A DNA stretch of 64,000 bases from an uncultured delta proteobacterium (GTDB taxonomy: Bacteria > Myxococcota_A > Polyangia > Polyangiales > JAFGIB01): NCBI GenBank assembly GCA_963778655.1, contig CAVZVA010000002.1:96001-160000 (forward strand). The letters run 5' to 3'. Positions 8,751 to 19,743 of the stretch are shown piece by piece (positions within the stretch are counted from its first letter, which is position 1; each line of letters opens with the position of its first letter). Below the pieces are notes generated by a model. That model was given only the letters and a program-made list of their open reading frames with translations. It made no database searches and had not been told where the DNA came from. The translations under genes and the position numbers were made by a program.

Positions 8751-8892
8751 CGGGCGAGCGAGCCGGGCAGTCGACTGCCCCCCCCGCCAGGAAGCGACAG
8801 AAAACCGCTCAGAAGCCGTTTTCCGGCAAGTCGGGGATGTTCATGCCCGGCGGAGCACCTGGCCCAGGAGGCAGGCTCCACGCGCTCTCGCG

Positions 8893-10689
8893 CTACACGC
8901 CGGAGGATTCGTCGGAATCGTCGTTGTACCCTCCCTCCTCGGTGTTCTCGGTGCCCATCTGGGCGAGCACCGGCCGGAAGCAGAGGTGGAGCGTCAGCCA
9001 CCAGAGGTACAACGCCTGGGCCGAGAAGAAGTGGCTGTGCGGCAGCAGTCCGTGGGCCACGACGTTGCGGAGGTTCGAGCCCGCCCTCTCGGTCAGTAGC
9101 CCCTTGAGGTCGAACACCGTGTCCTCGCCCAGGATGTCGACCAGCTCGGGCTTGTCCAGGAGGCTTCCCAGCGTGTGCTCGTCCTGCGGCCGGTCGTCGC
9201 CGACCGCCGTCGTGATGACCCCTCGCGCGTTGAGCAGCACACGGACCAGGTTCTCGACCTGCGGGATGGCGATGTGCGTAGCCTGGACGAGGTCGCCCGT
9301 CAGGCCAGCATGTAGGGCGCGAGCAAACAGGCGCTCGCGTCCCGGCGGCACCACCGGGTTGTTGGTCACGAGCGGCATGAAGCTGCTCTCACTAACGGCA
9401 TGGTCGCGGAAGATCTTCTGGCGCGCCGGCTCGATGACCCCGGCCGCGTAGATTCCGCGCATCTGATCGCACTGCTGGTGCATCGACGCCAGCAGAGCTG
9501 GCTCGCTCTCCTCGGACATGTGGAGGTCACCGCCACGCGCGGCGAACACCACCCGCCCCTTCTCGTTGACCCTGTGATGGCCGAACAGATGCGAGAGCGG
9601 GTTCTCCTTGGCGAGCTTCTCCGCCCGCTGCCGCGTCTCCTCCACTGATGGCGACGACACCATGAGCGCAAGCCGCAACAACGCCTCGGGCAACGCGCAC
9701 CCATCGAGCTTCTCCATGGTTTCGAGCGCCGCGTCCGTAAGGTCCAGCTTCGGCCCCTCCAAGTGCTTCATCGTCGCCGGAATGCGGGCCTGAACATCCA
9801 GGAGCTTCTGGTGCAGCTCGGTCACCCTGTCCTTGGTCTTCCCGACGCGACGGTAAGCCTCGATCGCCTTCTCGAAGAAGTGGGCCTTCATGAAGAGCGC
9901 AGTGTCTGCATCGGACGCCCGCTCAGCCTCCGCGACGTAGGTCTCGGCTTCGGCAATGCGACACCTGCGCTCAGCCTCCGCACTGCCATTCTTGCGGTGC
10001 CATTGAGCCGCCAACCCGTAGAACTCGCGCTCCTGGAGGATGTTGCCAGCGCTGGCAGCAGCCAAAGCGTAGTCCTCGGCGCGCTTGGCGTACTGCTCGG
10101 CGTGGTCGTCGAGCCTCAGCAGCAGCTCCAGAGCGGACGCTGCCAGCCGTGACGGCTGATCCGCGTCGAGCTTGCGCTTCAGGTACACGACGAGTCGCTC
10201 TCGACGGTCGCGGTCCTGGAGGACGGCCGCGAACGCTAGCGCCCGTTCGACTCGCACCAACCACGCCGACCACTGGTCCTCCAGCAGCTCGACCGCTGCC
10301 AGGTACGAGTCGATAGCTGTCCGAGCGTGCGCGGGATCACGGCGACGGCTCCACAGCACATCGCAAATGCGGGCCGCGAGGTCCGGGTCTCGAACCGACG
10401 GAAGCAGTTCGGCCAGCGCGTCCAAGTCCTCGTCAGATAGGTCCTCGGGGATTGGTGTGCGACCCTCTGGCGTTGTCCACCGGGGGCGCAGTGGGTCCAG
10501 GCGAGCCCCCTCCACGAGGGCCATTCCCGTGATGTCGGCCAGCAGCCGGAGCGTGGCCGACGCATCCCCTTCAACCTTTTCGGCGGCCTTCACGAAAACG
10601 GTGCTGTACGACTCGCAGTCCGGTCTCTCCGCCGCCGCGACGACCTCCTCCCACAACGGTGCGTTCTCCTCCCCCACGCGCTCCTCCAT
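8893..10689 (-). CDS. DUF4209-like protein with C-terminal HEPN-like motif
   Basis: Helical repeats, then IPQVENLVR...NLRNVVAHG (RxxxxH). Confidence 0.75.
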   Translation of the reverse strand: MEERVGEENAPLWEEVVAAAERPDCESYSTVFVKAAEKVEGDASATLRLLADITGMALVEGARLDPLRPRWTTPEGRTPIPEDLSDEDLDALAELLPSVRDPDLAARICDVLWSRRRDPAHARTAIDSYLAAVELLEDQWSAWLVRVERALAFAAVLQDRDRRERLVVYLKRKLDADQPSRLAASALELLLRLDDHAEQYAKRAEDYALAAASAGNILQEREFYGLAAQWHRKNGSAEAERRCRIAEAETYVAEAERASDADTALFMKAHFFEKAIEAYRRVGKTKDRVTELHQKLLDVQARIPATMKHLEGPKLDLTDAALETMEKLDGCALPEALLRLALMVSSPSVEETRQRAEKLAKENPLSHLFGHHRVNEKGRVVFAARGGDLHMSEESEPALLASMHQQCDQMRGIYAAGVIEPARQKIFRDHAVSESSFMPLVTNNPVVPPGRERLFARALHAGLTGDLVQATHIAIPQVENLVRVLLNARGVITTAVGDDRPQDEHTLGSLLDKPELVDILGEDTVFDLKGLLTERAGSNLRNVVAHGLLPHSHFFSAQALYLWWLTLHLCFRPVLAQMGTENTEEGGYNDDSDESSGV

Positions 10690-10744
10690 CAGCTCAGGTC
10701 CGTGGCCGGTGGCCGCGTCACAACACCATCACCCGCCCCAGATT

Positions 10745-10939
10745 CTCCCTGCGGGCCTCGTAGTCCGGGCTCGCCCGGCGACCGTCGTCCGGAACGCTCG
10801 CGTGTGGTCGGGGTACTTCAGGTGCGCCAGTTCGTGGGCGATGACGTAGGCCGAGGAGAAGCTCGGCGTCGAGCTGGTGTGGCAGGACGGAGTCCTGTGA
10901 GTACAAGATGTCGCGGATGGTCTTCGCGCGTGCGTCCAT
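10745..10939 (-). pseudogene. Deletion scar: DUF262/GmrSD-like first codons joined to a degenerate YgjP 3' end
   Basis: MDARAKTIRDILYS start overlapping the upstream gene end; YVIAHELAHLKYPDHTRAF is a diverged copy of 14876-14980. Confidence 0.55.
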
Positions 10940-11635
10940 CTATTTCGCCCCAAGCGCCAGCTCCAGGATGGCCTTCTGAATGCCCCCCTCAAGCTCACGT
11001 AGGTCATGGTGCCGTGGATGGCGCTCTAGCCCGTCCTTGACGATCTGCTGGGCCTCGACAAGCAGCGGCCGGCGCCCCTCGCCCTGGTACCAGTGCCTCG
11101 CGTACCCAAGGCGCTGGCTGCCGAGGATGTGAAACGGGTAGGGGCTTCGCTTCCCTCGTCGCGATACCTGCTCCAACAAGATTTCTTCAGCCCGCGCTCG
11201 CAGCTCCGCTGCTTCCTGGATCGTCTTTGCCTCGCGCGCACGTCTGTAGGAGATGTGGCCCTTCGCGGTCTGGATGAAGTCATCGTCAGGCGAGAGGGAC
11301 TCTGCTTGGCCCACGTAGTTCGCCGCATGGTCGAGGTCGCCTTCCTTGTGCTCAAGCTCAAGGGAACCGAACTGAAGCCAGAAGTGGGCATCGTTCTTGA
11401 ACCAATCCTCCAGGGCTTCGTAGATCGACCTTGCGTCGTCGATGTGTCCATGGAAGCGGGTCGAGATTGCCTGATGATTGACGAGCCTTCTGTAGCATCG
11501 CGCAGCGGGAGACCGGCGGCGGGCATCCTTGCCCATGTCGTGCCCGAGGGCTCGCAGCACCCTGACGTAGGCTGCTCGAAGCAGATGACGAGGCGCGGCT
11601 TCGTTGAGCCTCCCCCGATTTCGTAGACAGCTTTG

Positions 11636-12514
11636 TTATGCCACAGCTCCGCTGTGACAGGTCATGTCTTCTTTCTCCGCAGGTGTCATGTAGTCGATTG
11701 AAGAATGAAGACGGGATCGGTTGTAGAAGCCCTCGATATACGGGAACAGCAGGGAGCGGACTTCGTCGATGCTCCCCGGAACCCGGTCTCCAAAGAGCTC
11801 GGCTTTGATGGTGCCAATGGTCGACTCCGCCACGGCGTTGTCCCAGCAGTTGCCTTTCCGACTCATGCTGACCTGCATGCCGAGCTTGCGAAGGCACGCG
11901 CGGTAGTCCGCGGCCGTGTACGTCGAGCCGCGGTCGGTGTGGTGAAGCAGACCTGGGCTAGGACGCTGGCGAGCCACGGCGGCCCGCAGAGCCCGCAGCG
12001 CCAGGGCCGTGTCGCAACGGTCGCTGACGGCCCAGCCGACGATGGCTCGCGTGCACAGGTCCACCAGGATCGCCAGGTAGCTCCATCCCTGGGCGGTCCA
12101 CACGTAGGTGATATCGCCGACCCATGCTCGATTGGGGCTGTCCCAGCGGAAGCGGCGATCGAGCAGGTTGGGCGCCGGGACGTGCGAGCTGTCGGCCTGG
12201 GTCGTGCGCCGGAAGCGCTTGGGACACCGGGCACGCAAGCCCAGCGCCCTCATTCGCGCTTCGATGCGTTTTCGGCTGACGCGTCTTCCTTGCCGCCGCA
12301 GGTGTCGGTGAATGCGCGGGCTCCCGTAGCGCCGCTTGCTTTGCAGATGGGTCGCGGTGATCTCGACGTCGAGCTGTGCGGTCTCCTGGGCCCGTGCGCT
12401 CACAGGGCGCGACCGTTGCGCATACACCGTGCTGCGTGGCAACTGCAGCGCACGACAGACCGCGGCGACCGACGTCTTGGACTCGTCGGCTAAACGGTAC
12501 ACGTCTGCGGTCAC
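11636..12514 (-). CDS. IS3 transposase OrfB
   Basis: [26 protein letters not shown]; -1 frame relative to OrfA, slippery TTTTTTC at 12538-12532. Confidence 0.92.
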   Translation of the reverse strand: MTADVYRLADESKTSVAAVCRALQLPRSTVYAQRSRPVSARAQETAQLDVEITATHLQSKRRYGSPRIHRHLRRQGRRVSRKRIEARMRALGLRARCPKRFRRTTQADSSHVPAPNLLDRRFRWDSPNRAWVGDITYVWTAQGWSYLAILVDLCTRAIVGWAVSDRCDTALALRALRAAVARQRPSPGLLHHTDRGSTYTAADYRACLRKLGMQVSMSRKGNCWDNAVAESTIGTIKAELFGDRVPGSIDEVRSLLFPYIEGFYNRSRLHSSIDYMTPAEKEDMTCHSGAVA

Positions 12515-12819
12515 GACGTGCCCTCCTTGGCGAAAAAAGCGGTGGCCCGTTTCAGAATCTCGCGTTCCTGTCGCAGCACTCGGTTTTCACGCCGAAGCGC
12601 CGCCAGCTCCTCTCGCTCCGCCGTCGTCAGCGGACCCGAGCCGCCGCCGCCGGCATCCACGGTCGCTTGACGAACCCAGTTGGTCACCGCGCTTGCCGTC
12701 AGGCCAAGCTCTCGGGCAACCGCGAACGGCGTGCTGCCCGGCTGCTGGCACAGCCGAACCACCTCCGCCTTGTACTCGCTGGTGAACTTCCGGCGTTTTC
12801 CTTGTCGCTTCTTTGACAT
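12511..12819 (-). CDS. IS3 transposase OrfA
   Basis: [15 protein letters not shown]...[25 protein letters not shown]. Confidence 0.92.
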   Translation of the reverse strand: MSKKRQGKRRKFTSEYKAEVVRLCQQPGSTPFAVARELGLTASAVTNWVRQATVDAGGGGSGPLTTAEREELAALRRENRVLRQEREILKRATAFFAKEGTS

Positions 12820-14838
12820 GATTTCTGGACGCATAGTGCCTCATTGAACTTGTCCAAGAAATCGGGGGAATTCCACGTCCACCATGAACTCCGCGATGAC
12901 GCGGTGGCGAAGGCGGTACTGACCGGACGCATCCGGTATCACAATGTTCTTCAGAGCGCGTCCCACGATTTCCATCGCACGGTTCGGCTCGACCTCAGCG
13001 CACGCTATGAGCTGGCCCTCGGTGATACCGAATCCAGATGCCGTCGTCAGCCCCGCACAAAGATACAGAGACTGTGCCTCGTCGTCTTCGAGCTGGGCAA
13101 ACTCGTTCTTGATGATCTCATTGAAGCCCCCACCGAGTGTGGCTTCCCGCATCGCGACCAGGATCTGTCGGTCAGCTTGGTCGGCGAACCGCTGGTGTCG
13201 CTGTGCCGGCGCGAGGCCACGCAGCTCCCCCAGCGCATTGTTCTTCTCCAGCACCCCGAGCAGGTTCTCGATGTCGGGCTCCGTCAGGTTCGGAATGGAG
13301 ATCTCGGATGCCGTGCTTTCCGATTCCAGCGGCCCGGCGTATCGGTCGTAGCGGTTGGTCCGTGCCGATAGGACCACGACTGGCGGGATATCGCACGTCG
13401 CGAGCTTGCGCAGAAGCGGCGAAAGCTCGCCGAGCAGATTGTCCGCATCATCAACCCACAGCACGACACGCTGGCCGAGGGAATCGATGACGTTGGCAAT
13501 CACATGGTCCTTTGGAAGCCACTCGCCGGACGTGTAGTAGCAGGGAACGCCGGCACTCTGGACGCTCAGCGCTGTCCGCATGAGGAGGGTGCTCTTCCCA
13601 GAGCCGGCCGATCCAGTGATCGGTACGAGATCGAGGGTCTCGTTCTCGTGGACCAGCGTCAAGACCAGGTCCTTGGCGGTAGCATTGATCTCGCGGACCG
13701 CGTCCAGGTCGTGCACGAAGTCCTGCCACCGAGGCGCGGCCCCCAGCAAGAACATCTTGCGGCGGTGGCTTTGATCTGGACGAGCCCCGTCCTCCACGAG
13801 CCTGAACGCCCGATAGAACTCCTCGAAGTCCCTCCGCCTGGGCCCCGAGGCTCCCTGGACGACTGGAGAGAAGAGCTGCTTCGACAACAAGGGGTCGACT
13901 GCTTCGAGCACTGCTCTGCGCTCGTGGGGGGGCGAGGCCACGGTGGCCAACCATTCGAAGAAGTCCTTTCCTGTCGCCTCGACAGGAACGATGCCCATGT
14001 CGCGTAGAGCGTCCACCTTTGCAGGGGAGATCTTCGGGCAGACGAGGAAGGACCCAGGTCGGTTCTGCTTGGTATCTTGACCCTTCTTCTCACGCGCAGC
14101 GACGTACTGCCAGAAGATGGGCTCGTTCAGCTCCGTTCCCACGAGAACTGAGGGATGAGTGGCGTAGTCGCGTACGAAATGGTCGTACCAAACGTCGTGG
14201 TCGGTGGTCCTACGCGCAAACTGCCGAGTAGAGAAGGTCACGTCCTTCGCGGTTCCTCGGACAAGGCAGCCGTTCAGTTTCACGTACTGCACAGATGCAA
14301 GCAGTTGATTCCGTTCCGAGTAGTCATCTGCGCCACCAACGGCAACATCGAGCTTGCGTGACTGCCTCGCGTAGACGGTCTCAACGATGTCGTCGACGTT
14401 GGTGCCGTAGATGCGATACCAGAAGTAGTGTGCCAGGGCGTTGTACCAGTCGGGGACGCTCGAACTCAGCAAGCGTTCCTTTAGAAAGGCATCCAGCGCA
14501 ACATGCCCCTTCTTGTGCTTCAGAGCGGCCTCGAACAAGGTCTGGAGGTCAGTGTTGTCGAAGGGGCCGCTGTACTCAAGGTAGTCCCACAGCTCTTCGC
14601 AGAGCCTGCGACCGTGCGGAAACGACTCGCCGTTGCGGGCGACCGCGTCTAGTGATGCCCCCGCTCCCAAGAAAAGCACTACGCGGTTGGCCTGCAATGC
14701 TTGCACTAGCCGCTTGGCGTCATCCTTGTCGAGCATCCCCACCTCCATGGCGCTCGAAGACTCTCTGGACTCCCCCGCGCACCTGTCCCAGCCCCGTTCC
14801 CGATCGGTCCAATACCGTTCCGCAACACCGCACAGAAG

Positions 14839-15564
14839 CTACCACGTCATCATCCTCCCCAACCGCCTCAGCGCCTCCCTGCGGGCCTCATAGTCCGGGA
14901 TCGCTCGGCCGACCGTCGCCCAGAAGTCCCGCGTGTGGTCGGCGTGCTCTAGGTGGGCCAGCTCGTGGACGATGACGTAGTCGACGAGCCCGGCCGGGGC
15001 CTGGACGACGCGCCAGTTCGGGCGGACGTTGCCCTTCGCGTCGGCCGAGCCCCATCGCTTGCGCTGATCGCTGATCAGCACGGCCTCGGGCTCCAGGCCC
15101 ATCTTGGATGCCCAGCCGCCGACCCGTTCGGGCAGGCGCTCCGCGGCGTGCGCTCGGTACCAGGCGACCAGCCGATCACGAACCGCCTGTGGCCCGGCAC
15201 CGCCTCCGGCCGGCACGACGAGCCTCCCACCAACTAGCCGCACACGGCCCTCGCCGTTCACGCGCCGGTCGAGCTTCAGGCGGTGCTGGCGCCCGAGGTA
15301 CAGGAAGGTCTCGCCGCTGACGAACTCCCGGGCCATCGGCGCCGGGGGCAGGTCTTCGTGCCGACGGCGGCGGTCGATGATCCACTTGGCCTTGCGCTGG
15401 ACGATGTCGTCGAGCTTCTCGACGGGCGTGTCCTTGAGGGCGCGGACGCGCACGCCTTCTACCGGGTCGACGGCGATGGCCGCGGTCTTCTGGCGGCGGC
15501 CGCGCTCGATGGCGTAGTCGATGGCGGTCTTGCCGAAGTGGACCTGGGATTGCTCCTGGCGCAC
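14839..15564 (-). CDS. YgjP-like M48/SprT-family zinc metallopeptidase (DUF45)
   Basis: GETFLYLG, KRWGS, DYVIVHELAHL...HTRDFW; GTG start chosen at 15564. Confidence 0.85.
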   Translation of the reverse strand: MRQEQSQVHFGKTAIDYAIERGRRQKTAAIAVDPVEGVRVRALKDTPVEKLDDIVQRKAKWIIDRRRRHEDLPPAPMAREFVSGETFLYLGRQHRLKLDRRVNGEGRVRLVGGRLVVPAGGGAGPQAVRDRLVAWYRAHAAERLPERVGGWASKMGLEPEAVLISDQRKRWGSADAKGNVRPNWRVVQAPAGLVDYVIVHELAHLEHADHTRDFWATVGRAIPDYEARREALRRLGRMMTW

Positions 15565-15701
15565 CGGCCTACCTGCCCTTCCTGACCTTGAGCAGGTCGA
15601 TGAGCGCGCCCGCGAGGCGACCGTGGCGAGCGGCATGCACGGGCGCGCGTCCGACGGGGTCCAATCTCGGCGCGGCGGACCCGAGGTACATGCACGGTTG
15701 C

Positions 15702-16571
15702 TCATTCCGGCTGGCCGGCTGACCTCTCCACTGCGTCCTTGGCCCGTGAGTCCGCCTCCAACGCCGACGGACCTTCCCGTCGGCGCGCCAAAGCCCGCTC
15801 TATGCGGTGTTCCCAAGCCAACAATTGCAGGGCACTCGCCACCGTGAGCACCACGACCAAGAGCAGGCCCGTCGCAATCCAATACACCCGCCCCGCCGTG
15901 TGCCGGAACGCGCCCGCTCCCTTCTGGCGTCGCCGCAGTGACCGATAAACGACGATGACCGCCGACGCCGGCACAAGAAGCATGATGAGGTATGCGGGGT
16001 CGGTGAGCCAACGTCGCGCTACCGCCAACATTCGCGTCAACTCCGAATGAACGCAGCCGATCACTCCACCGACATCGGCCAATCGACCCGCGTTGGCGAA
16101 ACAGCGTACGATCGGTACCTGGATGGGACACGGGTAGATCGTCCAGTCTCCGTGTATACCAGGGTCGAAGCAATCCACATCGCTTGCCGTCCTTGGAGAA
16201 TTTATCATCACCGCACGGGCAGTCTCTTCACGCGTTGCGAACTTGTAGCCGTGGGCAAGATGCTCGTTCACGGCGGCGTCAGGGACGACGCGAACATCTA
16301 CGCCGTCCGGCGCGACCATGTCGTATTTGACCCCCCGGACGAGATTGACCGAACCCGCCTTATACTTCGAGAGCAGTTCCGCGGGCGAGAGCCACACCCG
16401 GCCTCCGACCCTCGGGTCCCAAGCAGGTACGATATCCGCGCCCTCTACACGGTCACCCATTCCGCACGAGGCAAACAGCGCCAGAAGGACCAGCGCCACG
16501 GTGGTCCAAACGATGACGGTGAAGCGCGCTGTCGTGTCGCTGTTCCACTCAGGCTCACGATGTGGCCACAT
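15702..16571 (-). CDS. Hypothetical membrane protein
   Basis: Long ORF with about three hydrophobic segments and lower GC; start uncertain. Confidence 0.5.
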   Translation of the reverse strand: MWPHREPEWNSDTTARFTVIVWTTVALVLLALFASCGMGDRVEGADIVPAWDPRVGGRVWLSPAELLSKYKAGSVNLVRGVKYDMVAPDGVDVRVVPDAAVNEHLAHGYKFATREETARAVMINSPRTASDVDCFDPGIHGDWTIYPCPIQVPIVRCFANAGRLADVGGVIGCVHSELTRMLAVARRWLTDPAYLIMLLVPASAVIVVYRSLRRRQKGAGAFRHTAGRVYWIATGLLLVVVLTVASALQLLAWEHRIERALARRREGPSALEADSRAKDAVERSAGQPE

Positions 16572-17116
16572 GCGCAGCCCCCGCTCCCAGGGAGCACAAT
16601 TGGGTGAGAGTGCTGATCCGCCGGCACGTGGGGCACGGGCGGCCACGACCGCGAGATCAGCGCGGCTCAAGTGCTTCCTTATGGCTTCTTACCATTCGGA
16701 CGGGGCTCGACTCCAGCGACCATGTCTGCGTTGCGCGGCGGGCGGCGTCGGCGCACGATCGCGCCGCGCGCGCCCTGGCTGCCTGGGTACCGACGGTGTG
16801 CCCTGGTCGCCGTTTGCCGCGTGGCGAGCGGCCCTGAAGACGGCGGCCGCTGCAAGCGCCGCTCCGATTGCATGCACGGATGTGGACGGACCTCCGCCTG
16901 CGGCTCCGGTGCTCAAGCCCCAGCCCTTGCTACGCCGCAAGCGCCGCCCTCGCGGCTGACCTCCGAGCGCCTTCGGCGCTCTCCCGGGTCTCGACGTCAC
17001 GCGCCGACTGTGGCATCACCGCGATCGGTCCTCGGACGTCTTCCACCTGGCACCATGATCCTGGCGATCGGTGGCCCCATGCGAGTGGCAGAGCGCTGGC
17101 GGGCCTATGCCCTCGG

Positions 17117-17145
17117 GGCTCCTCCGCCCACGCGGAGATGAACCC
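17117..17145 (+). CRISPR. Solitary type I-E-like CRISPR repeat (no array, no cas genes)
   Basis: 29-nt GGCTCCTCCGCCCACGCGGAGATGAACCC with a CTCCGC/GCGGAG stem and ATGAACCC tail. Confidence 0.55.
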
Positions 17146-17776
17146 ACTCCGCGCGGATCGGCCTGCACTGCGTGCGGATTCCGCTCTGACCCGGACAGCG
17201 TTCCGGAGCACCCGGACAGGGCTGAGCGTTCGGGCTTGACGGCCGGGCCGAGGGCGGCGAGCACCCCGCCAGCACCGGCGGCGGCCCCCGCAGGGCCCGT
17301 GGAGCGGCGGCGACAGCGATGGTCGTGACGAGCGACACGCGGCTAGACAACGCGTTCCTCGACGGTCGTGGCCGGCGTATCCTCTCGCGGTGCCGCGCGA
17401 GCACGCGTTTCCGTTCTCCGCACGAACTCGCCACGCGGACTCGGCGACGAACTCGACCGACGCGGTCTTCGGAATGCAGCCGCCGTCGTCTCGGTGCCCG
17501 AGGTTCTGCCCTCCCAGGTTTGTGGCTCGGCGGGCTGATGATGGGAGCAACCCTCAGGACGCACCGCGTTTGGCTTGCGCTGCGATTCGCCCGAACATAC
17601 GAGAAGGATTGGGGCAATCGCCGATGTGGTCCCATCGTTTCAAGTCCCAGGCGGTTGCGCCGGCCGGCAACAAATTGGACCCTCGGTCTCGAGAATTCGG
17701 CCTGGTTCTTCGGTGACGTCTGCAGCGAAGTGGAACACAAGCGGGACATTGGCGCGAGAATCGGCTCCCTGTAGGC

Positions 17777-19246
17777 GTGGAGAAACACCACGTGTCCGAT
17801 GACTATACTGTCTTGCCACCTGGGCCTCAGCGACCCGGCGCCCACGACGAACTCGTGGCGCTCGTCACTGACTGTCTTGCCCAGATGCGCGAAGACTTGT
17901 CGCACCTGACGCCGGAGGAGCGCCCCGCAACGGTTTGGGCCGTTGACGCGGTCAAGCCGACGGATGCACTCGGGTCTATGCCGCTTGCGCTGCCGTGGTA
18001 CCGAACCGAGGCAGCCTACGAGGTCGTCATGGCAGCCCGTCATTCGGACGTCGGCCAGCGCCTCTTGGACTTCCTCTGGGAAAACGGGCTCTTCAAGCTG
18101 AGGCTGACCAGGGCTGATGGCGCTCCAGTGCGCCGAGACGGCTGGGAGGTCAACGCATGGGGGCGGTTGCTGCGGTGGCCCCTCGATCATCTTCTGGAGT
18201 CACACGTGCTCACGCGAGCATCGTTGCGGCAGGACTTGACGCCGTGGGCGATTGACGAACCGGAGCTTCATCGCACCGCGGCCGCCCTGGCAGACCGCAT
18301 CGCCAGCGGTATGTCCCGGGTTCGAGCGGTCTCGCCGATCGCTTGGCTCAAGTGGCCGGAGGGCTTTCCGCAGTCGTACGAGTTGGAGGAAGGTGTCCGG
18401 CTGCGAGCCTGGACCATGGAGGAGTACTGCGTCTTCATGACGCACCACGGCGACGAGTACCAGCAGAACCAATTGCTGACGGGCTTCAACAGCGGGTGCG
18501 TGGAGATCGAGTTCCGTGCTCACGACAGCGAACCCGCGGTGCTCCAACGGGTCGCTGAGACGCTCGACCGGGTCAAGTGGGCGCTCATGGTAGCCGCAGG
18601 CGCGACCGACTCTTTTCACGAATCCTCGACGGTGATCGATGGCGGGGCCGGGCGTCGCTACCGACCTCTTCGCAGGGAAGCCCTTCCTTTCGACGGTAGG
18701 TCGCACTTCAGCCTGCGTGTGTCCGCGGAGACCCTGCAGCAAGCCAAGGCCCGTCTCGAGGAGTTGGGGTGCGCGAGCGGGTGCGATACCAGGCGGCTTT
18801 CCTCCGCCCTGACGTTTCTCGGTAGAGCGCTGACCGCGAGCCTGGGGCGAGACTCACTGCTGGAGGCGGCGATCGGTCTGGAGGGGCTCTGCGTGCGGAA
18901 GGGACAGAACACCTACAAGTTTCCGCTCCACGTCGCCGCGGTGCTCCGGGACGCGCTTCCGGACGACGATGTCTTCCCTGACCTCAAGAAGATCTACGAC
19001 GTTCGCAGTGGCGCCGCGCACGGCAGCTTGAACGCCGGGGATGACCCGTTGGCTCCCAGGGCGCGATTCCTTCTCGCACAGGCCGTGGCAGCGGTTCTCG
19101 ACCTTCGGGGGCGAGGCGAGCTAGTAGGACCGAAGATCCCCGAAGCCATCGAAGCTCTCGTGCGGCGTCGAACGACGGGGTACCCGCGGGTTAGCGCATC
19201 GGACCGTGCCCCGGGTGGCGGCAATTCTCCGACCGAGGTTGAATAG
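17777..19246 (+). CDS. Protein with C-terminal HEPN (ApeA-like) domain
   Basis: AAIGLEGL...LKKIYDVRSGAAHG (RxxxxH). Confidence 0.7.
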   Translation: MEKHHVSDDYTVLPPGPQRPGAHDELVALVTDCLAQMREDLSHLTPEERPATVWAVDAVKPTDALGSMPLALPWYRTEAAYEVVMAARHSDVGQRLLDFLWENGLFKLRLTRADGAPVRRDGWEVNAWGRLLRWPLDHLLESHVLTRASLRQDLTPWAIDEPELHRTAAALADRIASGMSRVRAVSPIAWLKWPEGFPQSYELEEGVRLRAWTMEEYCVFMTHHGDEYQQNQLLTGFNSGCVEIEFRAHDSEPAVLQRVAETLDRVKWALMVAAGATDSFHESSTVIDGGAGRRYRPLRREALPFDGRSHFSLRVSAETLQQAKARLEELGCASGCDTRRLSSALTFLGRALTASLGRDSLLEAAIGLEGLCVRKGQNTYKFPLHVAAVLRDALPDDDVFPDLKKIYDVRSGAAHGSLNAGDDPLAPRARFLLAQAVAAVLDLRGRGELVGPKIPEAIEALVRRRTTGYPRVSASDRAPGGGNSPTEVE

Positions 19247-19405
19247 CCGCAGCGCAGGCGGAGCCGCGAGAATTGGCGCCGATGGATCCGCCGACATCGC
19301 AGGCCAAGGCGTGGTCGGACGAACGCGCGATCGCGTTTCCTCGCAGTGAAGGCAGTGCTCCCTTCGACGATGGTCTGCGCAACGATGGCACGGCGCCGTT
19401 TCGAG

Positions 19406-19743
19406 CTAGTGCCGCGTCCGGGTTGATTTGATCCGAGCCCTCTTGCGTCGCGGATCAGGTTCTGATCTACAGCAGAGGATGAGGGGATCGCAGCGATTCA
19501 AGGGGCTTAGGCTCAAAGCGGCGGACCGTGCGGAGTTGCGTCGGCGGGCGGGAGCAGGGCAGAAGTGGACGGCGCGCGTGTGGCGGCGAATGCGGTCGCT
19601 GCAGATGTTGGACCGCGGGATGACGCTGACCGCGACGGCGGCCGCGCTCGGGACGTTTCGGCGCGAGGTCTCGCGCGTCGCATCTCGCTACCTGGACAGG
19701 GGCTGGCGCACGCGCTGAGCGAGCAGCCGCGGCCCAAGAAACT
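19406..19743 (+). mobile_element. IS630-family left end with frameshifted, truncated transposase HTH
   Basis: CTAG plus an end identical to 3557-3583; ATG 19479 ...ARVWRRMRSLQMLDRG...RYLDRG / LAHALSEQPRP; cut at the RAYT repeat. Confidence 0.75.

Larger units (their letters stand above)
11605..12875 (-). mobile_element. IS3-family insertion sequence with 3-bp target duplication CGT
   Basis: IRs TGAGCCTCCCCCGATTTCGTAGACA and TGGAATTCCCCCGATTTCTTGGACA; CGT at 11602-11604 and 12876-12878. Confidence 0.95.
10940..14748 (-). pseudogene. SIR2-like + STAND P-loop ATPase + TPR protein, split by IS3 (844 aa when rejoined)
   Basis: FLGAGAS, GTNVD, KLNG; Walker A GSAGSGKST, Walker B LWVDDAD. Removing the IS and one CGT gives the in-frame join FMVD-EAAPRHLL. 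Confidence 0.85.

Noticed and set aside
15569..15610. Possible hsdR C-terminal stub (ALIDLLKVRKGR*) upstream of ygjP
   Set aside because: Fits the context, but only about 12 codons.
16780..16900. Possible degenerate tyrosine integrase fragment (HG..RT-like)
   Set aside because: Too short and frame-broken to support.
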